Part shown: in pieces, positions 25,100 to 37,673 of the stretch | Position numbering within the stretch: the first letter of the stretch is position 1 | Layout: every line of letters begins with the position of its first letter | From: Utricularia gibba | Taxonomy: Eukaryota > Plantae > Magnoliophyta | Length of the DNA stretch: 64,000 bases | Direction: 5' to 3' | Assembly: GCA_002189035.1 (NCBI GenBank) | Contig: NEEC01000007.1 | Coordinates: 3,224,001-3,288,000, forward strand | Notes under the pieces: model-generated | What the model saw: the letters and a program-made list of their open reading frames with translations, nothing else | Told to the model about the DNA's origin: nothing | Database searches by the model: none | Made by a program: the position numbers and the translations under genes

Positions 25100-25895
25100 T
25101 GATGGATCAATGAATTCAGTTTGCTACAACTAAGATTATCATAATTCAGCTCAATGATAGAACATGAAATTTATCTCACACAACACGACACAGCATAGAA
25201 GATAAAATATTTTTTTCAAAAAATTTAATACTGTTTGCATTTATTCTTTTTCCTTAACTTCCTTGTCTTATCAAGTACTCTAATTTTATCGACTTTTTCT
25301 TTACACTAGTGAATGATTTCATTGCCCATAGTTTTCTCCCATTTTGGGTTTTTACGTAAAATCGATGTACAAGTGATGAAAATTGACATTTTTGTGAACA
25401 TTGCCAACATGTTGACTAAAGTGTTGCCGACGACCAGATTCTTTACTATGAGGAGGTTAGTGGGTTTTCATGAGAACTAAATTATGAACTTATGAATTCA
25501 TCTTATAGGAATGGTTGCCCTCCTACTATAACATATGTTGTTGGGAACTACATTGAAGGAAGTTAATGACGTGCATTTATATTATTGAGAATTATATTGA
25601 GTAAACTCTCAATCAAGGAGAGATTTGTTGGGTCAATGAATTTAGTTTGTTATAACTTGAACATCATAATTCAACCCAATAATAATACATGAAGTTTATC
25701 TCACACAACACGACATGACATAAAAGATAAGATATCTTTTTCAAGAAATTTAATGTTGTTTGTATTTATTCTTTTTCCCTGATAATCTTGTCTTCTCGTG
25801 TACTATAATTTTATGTACTTCATCCTCACACTACTGGATGGCTTCATTGCCTATGACTTTTTTTCATTTTGGGTTTCCATGTAAAACTGGTGTGT
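25100..25895 (+). mobile_element. Internally deleted Ty1/copia element: two ~270-bp LTR copies flanking a ~260-bp RNaseH tail and PPT
   Basis: Diverged direct repeats start at 25100 (TGATGGATCAATGAA) and 25626 (TGTTGGGTCAATGAA). The spacer encodes DVQVMKIDIFVNIANMLTKVLPTTRF and ends in PPT CAAGGAGAGATT. Confidence 0.75.
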
Positions 25896-25929
25896 CTCCC
25901 TTTACTCTTTTTGTTTTTTGATAAAGCTT

Positions 25930-26290
25930 TAAAACACATCATCACATAAAGTTTCAATTTTTAATACATATGAAGGCAAACGATCCTTACAGTTACCATG
26001 ACCTTTGAGAAGATAGATTGATTTGTTAAATGCATCATTGGTAAGCTTTATTTTAACTAAACATATACTTCTTTCATTACTCAAAGAGCATTGAAATGCT
26101 CAAATTTCCTTGATATCTTTTCAGCATATGAGTATCGTAATCTATGCTTCATGGATCTGAGATAAGATTTCAAAATAAGTGGAATAATCATACGAGTCAT
26201 ATATAGTTTCTTTTGCACAAGATGTGTAACTACCCGTTCAATAGTTCTAATTCTTGACGGAAGCAAACATCCTATTGAATCAAAGAACTC
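25930..26290 (-). pseudogene. Possible CACTA/EnSpm transposase fragment
   Basis: IERVVTHLVQK and LTNDAFNKSIYLLKG...LPSYVLKIETLC weakly resemble the CACTA transposase-associated domain and the following region. Confidence 0.4.
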
Positions 26291-26662
26291 ATCAAATTTG
26301 AAAACAAGATTTTAAAATCACATATCCAATAAGCAATCAAGAATTAATCTTAATATCAAAGATTCAACAATCAAGATTCTTAAATCACAAACCCAATAAA
26401 AATAAAAGAATCGAGAATGCTAGATCTCAAGTATAAAAGCCATGCCCCCGAAAGTCATATATTAAAACTCAACCCATCAAAATAGAATCTCAAATTTGAA
26501 ACCAGCAACATTGAAGATAATGAATCTAATTTGTACTAAAATACGCAAGCTAGAGATAGAGATTGTAAAAGGGTAAAATTGGTTCTTAAAAATAGATAAA
26601 AGTTTAAAAGAAAAAAGAAATAAAAGTGTAAGATGATATCTTAAAAACATTCAAATGCTTTT

Positions 26663-27737
26663 TCATAAGTAATTATGTGTCATTACAAAACATATTTTTT
26701 CATTAATATTGAATATTGTTTTTATCTACATTAGACTCTATTTTCTCATTATTTTCTATTGATTTTATATATTTTCACACTACTTTGATTTTTTTGGAGA
26801 TAAAGAGTATTTTGTGGATTTTTAGGATATTTTTATATCAATTTGAGAAGAAATCAAGACTCACCATATGAACTTAATGAGCAACAAATCTCAATATAAG
26901 ACTTAGTCAAACAATGAAGATTTGGTCTAAGATTCATAAATAAGATAAAGATTTAAAGATGGTCTTGGAAGAGTCGAATAAAAGATTTAGACATAAGATT
27001 TTATCCAAGCCTATCAAACAAGTCTAATACGAAAACTTGGATATGCTTTCATATACATAACCCACTCTCTCAATAATTAGATACATCTTTAACCACTTTT
27101 CTCTTGTATTTTTATTTATTTCCATGTTTATTTTCATGTTAGTGTCGAGTCTACACATGTAGGTGCTTGTAGCTAAGGATTTGTGGTGAAGTTTTACTTG
27201 CACAAATCTTGTAAGTGTGATTGTTTTACTATGTTTTTCGATATCTAATCTGAATTTTGATTCTATTTTTCGCAACGTTTTCTTTACCAGCGTGCTCTTT
27301 AGTATCATATAGCCCGAAGAGAGTGTAAGAAAATCAAAGATTGACCTTAAGCACCTAAGGAGAAGGTCTCAATTGGACATCATTAGTAAGACACATTTTG
27401 TTTAATCTATTTGAGAGATGTGAAGTATAGGAGTTAGATTTGGGTATGGGAAAAACATGAGTTATCACAATAAGAATACCACTATTTTAAAAAATACTCT
27501 CAAAAACTTGCACAAGTAGGTCAATTCTCAAGATTTACACACACAAGCTTGAACAAATTTTGATTAAGGTAGATCTTAGATCTAAGATCATTTTTTTATT
27601 ATATTTAAAATCAAATCTTTTTTTATTTTCAATCTTTTTGAGTACTTGTTTGAAAAAAAAATTAATAATAATTTCCTGTGGATACGATCTTATTTTATTA
27701 ATTCGACGGTTTAGGTGCATTGACAAAATTACCATTA
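26663..27737 (+). mobile_element. Old degenerate solo LTR, Athila-like family (copy A)
   Basis: Colinear similarity to copies B and C, including AAGCACCTAAGGAGAAGG and the terminal GATACGATCTTATTTTATT...ACCATTA. Ends and TSD are degraded. Confidence 0.7.
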
Positions 27738-27796
27738 TTTTCAAACTGAATTACCAAACAAGCTCTTTTTGTTAAAGATTCGTGTTTAATGTGGAT

Positions 27797-28992
27797 TGAT
27801 AAGTGATTTTATGTCACTTATATTTGTACTTTGTAAGACTCACTTAGATGAGTTTTGCATTCTTTCTATCCCACTTTCCCTATGTTTTTAGAAAAATTTT
27901 ATATCTTTCATACCACTTTGATCTTTTTGGAGGGAAAGTGTGTTTTGTGATTTTTCATGATGAATTTGGAATAATTTGGAGGATTTTCGAGTTGACCTTA
28001 ATGGAAGCAAAGATTCGATCTATCTAGATGAAGACTCGGTCAAAGATGCTCGGATAAGATAAAATTCGCATCTTATCTTAGAAAATTTGGATCTCATCCT
28101 ATAAGATTTGTATCAAATCTTAGAAGATACGGATAGAAGATTTGATGTGAGCTCATCAAGAAAGCTCGACAAGTCCTCACCATTATATAAAGATCCAAAC
28201 GCGAAGATCAAGAGAGTTAGTGAGGGGTGGACGATCAAAGAGTCAATTTAGGGTTTAGAGTCGAGTCCAGCATGTTTTGGATGTCTTCCCTTTCGTTTTT
28301 CATCAACTTTTATTGTTTAGAATCAAGCATGTGCGTGTGAGCGTTTGCGGCTGAGAATGTGCTGTGAAGCCTTGCTTGCGCAAGTTCTGTGCGTGTGACT
28401 GTCTTACTATATTTTTCAGCATTTAATTTGAGGTCTGATTTCTGTTTTTTGCAACGTTTTTTTTTACCAACGTGATCTTTAGTACCATATAACCCTAAGG
28501 GAGTGTGGAAGAATCAAAGATTGGCCTCAAGCACCTAAGGAGAAGGGCTCAATCGGACATCGTTAGTAAGACACATTCTGTCTAATCTGTCTGCGAGGTA
28601 TGAGGTGTAGGGGTTAGATTTGGATGTGAGGAAAACATGAGTTATCACAAGAGGTGAAATGACTCTGGTGGCGTGGTTGATTCCATAATCCCACAAAACA
28701 AGGGACGATGCAGTAACGGTCACCGAGTAGCACTATTTTAGCATAACACCCCCAAAGCTTGCGCAAGCAGGTTAGTTCTCAAGGTTTGCATACACGTAAG
28801 GGCGAGTTTCAAGTAATGTAGATTTTAGATCCAATTTCACTTTTCTTATTGTCTTCAAAACCAAATCTTTCTTTTGTTTTCAATCTTTTTAAGTTTTTGT
28901 TTTGAAAAGAAAAATTCTAATAATAATTCCCTATGGATACGATCTTATTTTATTACTTCGACGGTTTCTGTGCACTTGCAGAATCACCATCA
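27797..28992 (+). mobile_element. Solo LTR, Athila-like family (copy B)
   Basis: TGATAAG...ACCATCA ends with a perfect 5-bp TSD TGGAT (27792-27796 and 28993-28997). No PBS or internal domain follows. The Athila assignment rests on LTR length and the 3'-terminal motif. Confidence 0.88.
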
Positions 28993-29525
28993 TGGATTCA
29001 AGTCATAAACCCGAGTAATAAATGAGTCATAAGAATTTCAAATATTAATTGTTTTTTATTGGTATATAAATGATAAATGTGTATTATTAATTTGAATGAA
29101 TATATATTCATTTATTTCTCAAAACAAATTATTTTGATAAAATAAATTAATTTTATATAAAAATTATTAATAAAACTAATAACAATAAATTCAAATTCAA
29201 GTATCAATTTTTTTTAAAAAAAATGAATTCAAATCCGACAACTTTAATAATTCTTAAATGATTTCTATTATGTTCGATTTCGAAGAACACTAGATCTACA
29301 AACATCCTTAATTGTAAATTTATCTCGTATTGAAAAAATTAGTGGAATTGAGATACGGGCCAACGTCAGATACTGCACAGAAGCCCACTGACGGCCCAAA
29401 TACCATTTTATTACCATCCTTACACCGACCCCGGACTATCGTCGAGGGTTCCGAACTTCCGTCGACGGAATTTGAATTTGCCTGAACGAACATTCGCGCA
29501 CGACGAAACAGAGACAACCACCGCG

Positions 29526-30567
29526 ATGTCGGCGGGAAGAATTGCCTGAGACATGGAATTAGGTTGTTCGATCGTCAGTTTTCCGGCAAGCCCCTGTATT
29601 CCCCTAGGAAAAACCATGAGGATGGCACCAAAATTCAAGAAGAAAGGAGCTTAGGAATTGAAGATGATGCGTCGTTAGGGAGACCTATTTCCCAAATTCT
29701 CAAGGAACTTAACAAGAAAGTACCCGATTCTGTTCTGGCGATCCGAAACCTGCCTGATGGATCCTCCATCAAATATATCCCATGGTTACGGGCCTTCTGA
29801 AGCTTTACATTTCTACTTCGTGTTCTTCTTCTGCTTGTTCCTCTTACTTTTACCGTTGCATCCCCACAGGCACATTGCAAATAGGATTCTGAACTTGCAT
29901 GCACCTGGTGTGTGGTTATCTTTTTATTCCTATGCAAATGTATTCCCGATTTTCTTCATGATTCAACTGTTTTTACCTCCCTTTTGTAGAATGGTCTGGT
30001 GAAGTCCGCAGCATCAATTACTCAGCTGATGGGAAGTCTGTTTCGGTTGTGTACCGTGTGACGCTTTATGGGTCAGATGCTGAGGTACTGCCCTATTTTT
30101 TTTCTTCCTTGTCTGTTTATCTCGCACTCATTCATGAGCTTCCAAGCTTGTATGATGAAAAGAGCATTGTTGTTATATGGAGCTTAGAAGTCAATTTTAG
30201 AAAAAGAAGGGTTTTTATTTTTTGGAAGGTTGTAGTGCTCAAAGTGACCTTGTGCCCATGAAGCCTTCTGTGGTGTCCAGAAATGCTAGCGCCGTTTGCT
30301 TCCATTGTTTTGTATGGGCTCAGTTTCATCGTAGGCTTAGAAGGAAAAGAAAAACTCTCCTTTGCTGAGTTTTCCGGCGTCCTGATAATATTGTGGTGAA
30401 CTCTTGTTTAACATATGGAGCAGCTGTTCCGGGAGTCAACTGGGACTGCATCAGTTAACGAGACGAAATATGGAGACGCTGTGCAGAGTGCCGAAGCCAT
30501 GGCCTTCCGCCGAGCATGTGCTAGATTCGGGCTGGGGCTTCACTTGTACCACGAGGACACCGAATAG
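29526..30567 (+). CDS. RAD52-1: Plant RAD52-like protein 1 (ODB1, organellar/nuclear ssDNA annealing), with an apparent frameshift in the targeting peptide
   Basis: LGRPISQILKELNKKVPD...IKYIPW / HIANRILNLHAP / EWSGEVRSI...YRVTLYGSDAE / LFRESTG...AEAMAFRRACARFGLGLHLYHED. Four exons. Confidence 0.92.
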
Positions 30568-32300
30568 CGAGCCGCCCCCCGTTCCCAAGATTCACGTTTT
30601 GTTCCAAGCGACGGGAGTGCCTTATCCAACAGCCTAGCAAGTAGCAACGGCAGACCAGGTCGGGGACCGGTGACCCGAGTGTTGGCAACTGCTTCCGACC
30701 GGTGGTTTTTTGTTCGGAAGCTGCCCTTCCTTGAAACACAGGGTTTGTTAATCATAATTCCATAGTTAGGTTCCGAATCAAAATCTCAAAGCAGGAACGG
30801 AATTGAAACTAGAAAACTTGCCGGTGGAGTTCGAGATTCCGTTATGGCAGCGCTTGGTGGTATTTCTTGTCTTTTGGTCGTAGGTGTCATCAATGGCATT
30901 GAGCGTTTTCAGTCTTTCACACTACCCAAATGAACTGAACTACATTTAAACTGTATAATTCGGTTTGTGTAAGGAGTTATTTTGAATAATCATCATTCTC
31001 ATGTTTATGTATAAAATTTGATCATTCCGAATTATATCATTTTATTTATATATATGAGAAAAAAACTATAAAATGATTATTTTTCCAAATGACCAATCTT
31101 CGAGTTACCACATTTGTTGGGACAATCAAACTCGAACAAAACAAAATCAGGGCTTTGTAATTGTTTTACTTCCTTCAATTAGAAAGATGGAAAAATGACT
31201 AAGTGTAGGTGTTCTCTTTTTGCTCATTCATAAGGATCTCATCTCATAATTATCCATGATTGTTTATGATAGCACATTCTAACATGAACTAGTTACTAAA
31301 ATCATTCTTTTTTTTTTCCTTGTAAGCCATTGCAAAAAGAAATCATCTCTCAAGTTATTACGAGGAAGTAATATTTTCATGTGGTAAGTTGTCATGATTT
31401 GATTTTGTTTGTATCCCCGATTCCCAAGATACTTGATGCTTTCTTCAGAATGCATTGTTCAACTAATATATTACATAAGCAATCCCCACAATTCAATAGT
31501 CTTGATAATGAAATTCTCAAAAAAAAAAAAAAAAATAGTATGCTATCTTGTTGAAGAGAAAGTTTGATTAAAGAGTGAGAAATATGAAGATGTTCATATC
31601 GAGAGAAGTGTTTTTAAGCATCTATTATGAAGTAACTGATTACTAAGTCAATTTTCTTATTATTCTTGCAATTACATTGATTGTCAAAATTCTACATGTC
31701 ATGTAATCTTAGCAAATAATGGAAATATCCTTAAAGTACAATCTCTAGTACATAAATTAAGTCATATTGTTTCCACTATCATGTCAATATATTGGATATT
31801 TTTTTAAAATATCTTTTGTCAGTATTCTTTGTAAATATTGGCTTGCCACCATTGTTTTTTTCTTCTAGTTTTCTAAACATTGTCTTCTTGGAATTGTTAG
31901 CTTGTCACCATTTTATTTTTACTTATTTGAATATTGTTCTTTTTGTTGTTAAGAACAAATTATTACTGAAACCTCTTGGAAAATTCTGGGGCTTGATTAT
32001 TACTGTGATTTTTTTTTTTTTTGTAAAATTGTGAACATTATAGACTTTCTATATAATTTGGCACTAGAAAGAGGATGAGGACAACCATTAATAATGATAA
32101 AACAAAAAATTGATCAAGGAATGATTGGGTTCTAATTAGAAATGGTTGGATGAATAATATGGAGTTTTTATTATAATAACATTATTCATCCAAATGAGGG
32201 AATCACCACCAAGAAAACTTGATCATTTTAGATTAAGGATCTTGTGAACAATGTTTTTAAAAAAAATGGTCGAAAACTCAATAAAATTGATATATGATGG

Positions 32301-32620
32301 GATTTAGGAATCAGAATAAACATATCAAAGTTTCATGGAGGATTACAGGCTGAAGAATTCTTGAAATAGCCGGTCATAGCAGAGAAGACCTTAGATTTTA
32401 AAGTTATGCTGGAGGATAAATGAGTACAACTTGTGGTGATCCGTTTTCATGGGAGGCTGTCCTCATGGTAGCAAACTACTAAACGTACTCAAGAAAGGAA
32501 TGAAAAATAAAAAATAAAAAAATGTACTTTGGTGAATTTGAAAAAAATGGAGACAAACCTTCCTGTCCTATAATTATCAATAAGTGCTATTGCAGCAGTT
32601 GCAGAGTTTAAAATAAAGAG
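32301..32620 (+). pseudogene. Gypsy (chromovirus/CRM-like) gag remnant
   Basis: DLGIRINISKFHGGLQAEEFLK*...EDK*VQLVVIRFHGRLSSW* and FLSYNYQ*VLLQQLQSL resemble gag motifs IPEFHGKLQPEEFLDW and FLPYNY. Confidence 0.72.
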
Positions 32621-33390
32621 CTACAACTTGAGTGTCATTGTCAAGTTGATTACAAGAAGAGCATAAAAAGAATTTTTCTCGCAAAGGACGACAAGGCAGA
32701 ATGTGAAGGGGAAGGAGCTGAAAATAGTACGTGTCATGGTGTTGAGGAACAACTTGTGAAAATACAAAAATTTTACCTTATCCAATAGCTTCGAATAAAT
32801 TTTTTTCAATTTTTATCAAAACAGATGTGCTGTACAATAAAAACTCAAGAGATGAAATTGACTTTTAAGAAGTAGAGTTTTTATTTATTCAATATTTTTT
32901 ATAATAAACAAGAATTAAAAAATATATAAATACTTTTCATCAATAGAGATAAATTATCCGTGGAGTCGAATTTTTCGAACAAAGATGTATGACATATTAT
33001 TATCAAGAGGAGTTAATCATTTTTCGCTTACTTACATGTTCTGCATCATCGGAACATGAATGTGGATGTCCTAACATCCAATCATGATATATTAAAAACA
33101 TTTAAAGGTATAATGTAATTTCAATAAAAAAATTAATATTAAATAATTATAATTCTCGTCCTATTTATAATTTATCACCAAACAAATTATATAAAAACTA
33201 GAGACTAATCCCTAAGAACACTACTCCCGTATTCCCATGCTCCCACGCAAACACACCCCTTCACTTAGGGCTTTGATGAGTGCTGAAATGGAAAATAACA
33301 TTCTAATTTTTCAATAACCTAATGAGCAAGGCATCTGCATTGCTGTCCATGGAGTGCCCATCTGACACCCACGTGGCATCCACGTCAGCA

Positions 33391-36300
33391 TCACAAGAAG
33401 TGAGCCCCCAAGGCCTGGGTCAGCCCATGAACCTCAATCCCATCCGCAAATCTTGTCCTTGAACTCTTCTTCATAGTAATGATCTCATCCTCTGTGTGCC
33501 CCCCTTCCTCACTGCTCTCCATCATCTCACTTGAATACCTAACTGCATTTCTGATAACAACATTCGTGTGAAGGCCTCCCAGCAAGTTGTTGTAGTCTGT
33601 ATCCCCTCTTTCACCCACGAACACCACCACTTTGGAGAGTTCAATGCCCCATCTTACTGTCAAGTACCTAAAACCACAAGTTGTCATCAGTTTCATGGGG
33701 TGGAAAAACCATGCTTTTAACAAAAAACACACACCTGAGAGCTCCGGATCTGGATGCGAATAATGGGACAACGTTTAATCTTGTTGCAGCATTCGCATAA
33801 ACCAGGTTGCACCTGAGGCCTCTCATGCGTAGCCTCATTCGTAGCTCATCGATCTTGCGTGTCTGTCATCAGCTTATGTGAATTCATGATGGATCATGGT
33901 TTGCACGTTCAAAGCTGAGGCATTCATACCTTTGTTCCTGATATAATGTTGTAGGAGTAGCATCTTGAGGTGGAATAATTCAATGCCATATGATCAGTTT
34001 CACCACCCTTCTCTATCTTGGCTAGCCGCATGATCATGGACTTCACATTTTCACCTGGCCAACGGAACTCGATGTGGGATTCGTAGTCTTCATCGACTTC
34101 CATGTCTCTCCAAGGATAGTAAATCTCACTTCCACTGGAACAAACTAATGCATCCAGCTCCACTGCATTTAACTGGCAGCTCTGTAGCATGCCCTTTGTC
34201 TCCTCAAGGCTCAAGCTCGTGAGAAGCACAAAACCTGTGTGGCTACAGTTTGGACCTGCTGCCTCCATAACGTTCTTGATGATTAAAGGTAAGGTCTCAG
34301 CTGGTTGACCATCACTGTCATAACTATCAACAGCTATGGTATATAACCGTTTTCGTTTTCCAGGACCATAAACAGTAGAGGATTTTGAATTTGAACACAT
34401 TTTCTGCTGCAGAATCTCAATCACTCTTTGGTGCCTTCTATCTGCATCAAGCTCCCCAATGGCCCTTACATCTACATCAACCGAAAACTTTAGTGAAAGA
34501 TCATCAACACCCTGAAGTGATTCACTGAGGGGCTCCTCAGGAACTGGTAAGGCAGAGAAATGACTGTTTGGATGGTTAATCCTGCAGTGCTCGACGCTGC
34601 TGAGGTAAGTGCGGCAGTGCTCCAACCAGGAGAACTTGTGAATGTTTTTTAGACCATTTTTCCTGGATTCGTTCCACAGGCCTTTGTCGGATAGAAGCTT
34701 CAGGAGTGCATCTGTTATGGCCTTTTGGTCATGAGGGTCGATCAGCAAACCATTATCCAGAGCCTGCCCAGTAAATATTTTCTATGAGATTTGCAGGAAG
34801 GATGATTTTCCATAACAAATAAATCATCAGTTCTTTTGTTTTGAATTATTGAAGGTAAAACAAAGGAAAGCTGAACCGGTTACTTTCAGTATATCCACTG
34901 GCCCTCCATTTTTGGTGGCAACAATAGGTAATCCATACGCTGCAGCCTACAAAAAAACCAACCTGATGTATAAAACTGGATCTTTAAGCCTCTGAGTTTC
35001 CTATGCACTTTGACAAACCTCTATCAAAGTGAGACCGAATGGTTCCATGAGTGCAGGATTGATGAAGACTCCCTTAAGGTTGACATATGTTCAGCATTAT
35101 TTTGGAGAAGAATGACGAGAAACATCTTCACTAGAAATTCCTCCTCTAGATTACTCACCTTCGTTTTGGCTGCATGACGATAAATCTCTGGAACATCCTG
35201 TTGCCTATGACGCTTTGGATAAGCCACCTGGCCGTACAAATTGTATTTGTCAATGAGCTTGAGCACTGTTGTCACTACGGATGAACTGCTATCTGACATA
35301 TTCTCAATGTCATCCCTGTTACCTAGTATCAGTGTCTGCACAAATATTCCTCCTTCAACTCCTAGGTATTTATCCCAACTTCAGTATGCATCAGAAATCA
35401 CAATGAAATATAGGCCTACCAAATTTGCCAGTTCTTGCAGTAGCTGGCTTTCTCCAAATGCCTTTAGCAAAGTAGTTACATTTTTCTTCGGATCAGGTCG
35501 GGATAGAGCTAGTATCATTGGTTTGTGAGGATTTGTGAAGAAGCGCACAATCTGCACAAAAAAAACAAAGATGCTTATGCTTGTCTCCAAGTCCATCACT
35601 TTAGACACAATGGCGTGCATGCTGAATTTACTCTTAACTATATGTGGTGGTTTAAATGTGCAGCTTTTTGAAAAGAGAGTAACTTCTAACCTCGGACCAT
35701 ATTGAAGGAATTTTGTGGGACTTGTCTGGGCCAATGAATGACTTGAGATCAGAAATGTCTAATGCATCTTTAACCATCACTTTGCTGAAATCCATGCCTG
35801 GTGGAATAACCTGCAAATCAGATCGGCAAAGTCAGCTTCTGTGTATGAGGCCATTCATGAGCAAGATTATATCAAGAAACAGTTCCTTACCACCATGCGT
35901 GGCATGTATCGTCCATGGCAGCCAACCCCTCGACGCCTCCTGATCCGAAGTTTTCGTTCAAGATGAACTTCGAATCCATCATACATACCCCACTGCTCTT
36001 CAATCTCTTGCCGGGTGCTTGTTACTACCATCACAGCAGCATCTAACCCCTGCTCCTCAGCTTCAATTCTCCTCATTATCTTATATGTAGAGTTGATATC
36101 ATCCCGTGTAAGTGTCCCTTGTTTAAGCAACTGCTCTAACTTGTTCCTTCCAAGGGAGTGTCCAGTTAAAACCATTGGCACATTTAGAACACCTGATAGG
36201 CGTGCGGCTATTTCCCCTGCATCAGCATAGTGCCCGTGAAGGACGTATGGCCACACGGGTTCTCCAGAATTAACTTGTTCTCCTATGGCTCTGGAAACTT

Positions 36301-37673
36301 GAATGATGTGACCCAAGGCGCCATCAACAAACTCTCCTATGTGAGGCCAAAGTGATTCCTTTGGTATATACCTGTCATGATCAGAACTCAGGCAATTTGA
36401 CCAGGAAATGCTTAGCTTTTTTGTTCTTTTTTACATGTTAGTTGGTCCGCAGGGAATCCGTATGATGTAGGCACCGCAGCAACCAGCTCCATCAGAGGGA
36501 CAGGAGAGCATCTCCACTGGTTCCCCATAACTGGTATTCACATCAGGTGATGTAATTTGTCTAGTGAGAAGATCCACCCTATAAACGGGAGCCATGTTTG
36601 CCAGAGCTCTAGCTAATTCCACCACATATTTCACCTGGTTAAACAAAGGAGCCAGAGCACATAAAAATTGAACTAACTTCTGCCGGCAGAGTTCTTGAAT
36701 TACCTGGCCACCTGTGTCTGAGTCTCTTCCAAGCTCCATGTTTTCGCCTCTCACCAGTCCATGAATGCTTCAGTGAAGCAACAAAGATAAAGGATTAGTT
36801 CACCAGTCCATGAATGTTATACTGTGCTTAGCCCGCGGATTGTGTGTCACCAAAACTCTCTGAGTTCAGAACTTGAAGTACCTTATCAAAACAATGTATA
36901 GTTTACGAGGCTTGTCTTCAGACCATATCTGGATACTGGAATCAACTCTTGACATGTCCGTACGTGAGTCTCCCTTCTCCTTCTCGCCTTCAGAGAGTTC
37001 TGACAAATCTTCTGTGGCATCTCTTCTGCCCAACTCCCTCTCGTACCTTCTTTGCACCAGTGTCTCTTTGGCATCCCAAGCCATCTGCAAGTACAAAAAC
37101 TCTGTTCATTTTGAGTAAGAGCCTTCTTCTTTTACTAAATAACTTCATGAATCATCAGAGTTTCTGTATATTCACGCAGGTGGATGAAAGGTCACCTGCT
37201 TCTTCCTACGAGCAAGATGCCAGACGCGCCAGCACATGTTTTCGAGTCGTCTATTACGCTGATGGGTATTCCTCGTAGATGCTGCCTGTCCATTGATCCA
37301 TCAACTACAGAGTATGTTTCCATCTAAAAGAGACGCTTCAACTCCGTGTATCATGCTACTCCTAATGAATGTTTCATGTTCATATAAAGCAGCGTAGAGA
37401 AGATACCTTAATCCATGTTTTGTGAAAATCAGCCTCATCAAAGCAGTTGACGATCTCTTCAACGAAGTATTTGGTGGGATTGAACAACTTGTCATCCTTG
37501 TTCTTAAGAATATCCATGTTCTCAAAATTGAGCCTCTCATCATCCAGCTTCTTCCTTATACTGTTCTTCAGACTGTTGCTTTTGCTTCCGCCTCTGCCCC
37601 TTCCCTCACTTCTCCCTGCTCCCACATCCAATATTGCCTCCAGATACCCATGCAGCCAATCATTTTCTCCCAT
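33391..37673 (-). CDS. SPS4: Sucrose-phosphate synthase, family C (SPS4-like)
   Basis: [85 protein letters not shown] and ICSSGSEIY-like/YYPWRDM in the SPP-like tail. Confidence 0.96.
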
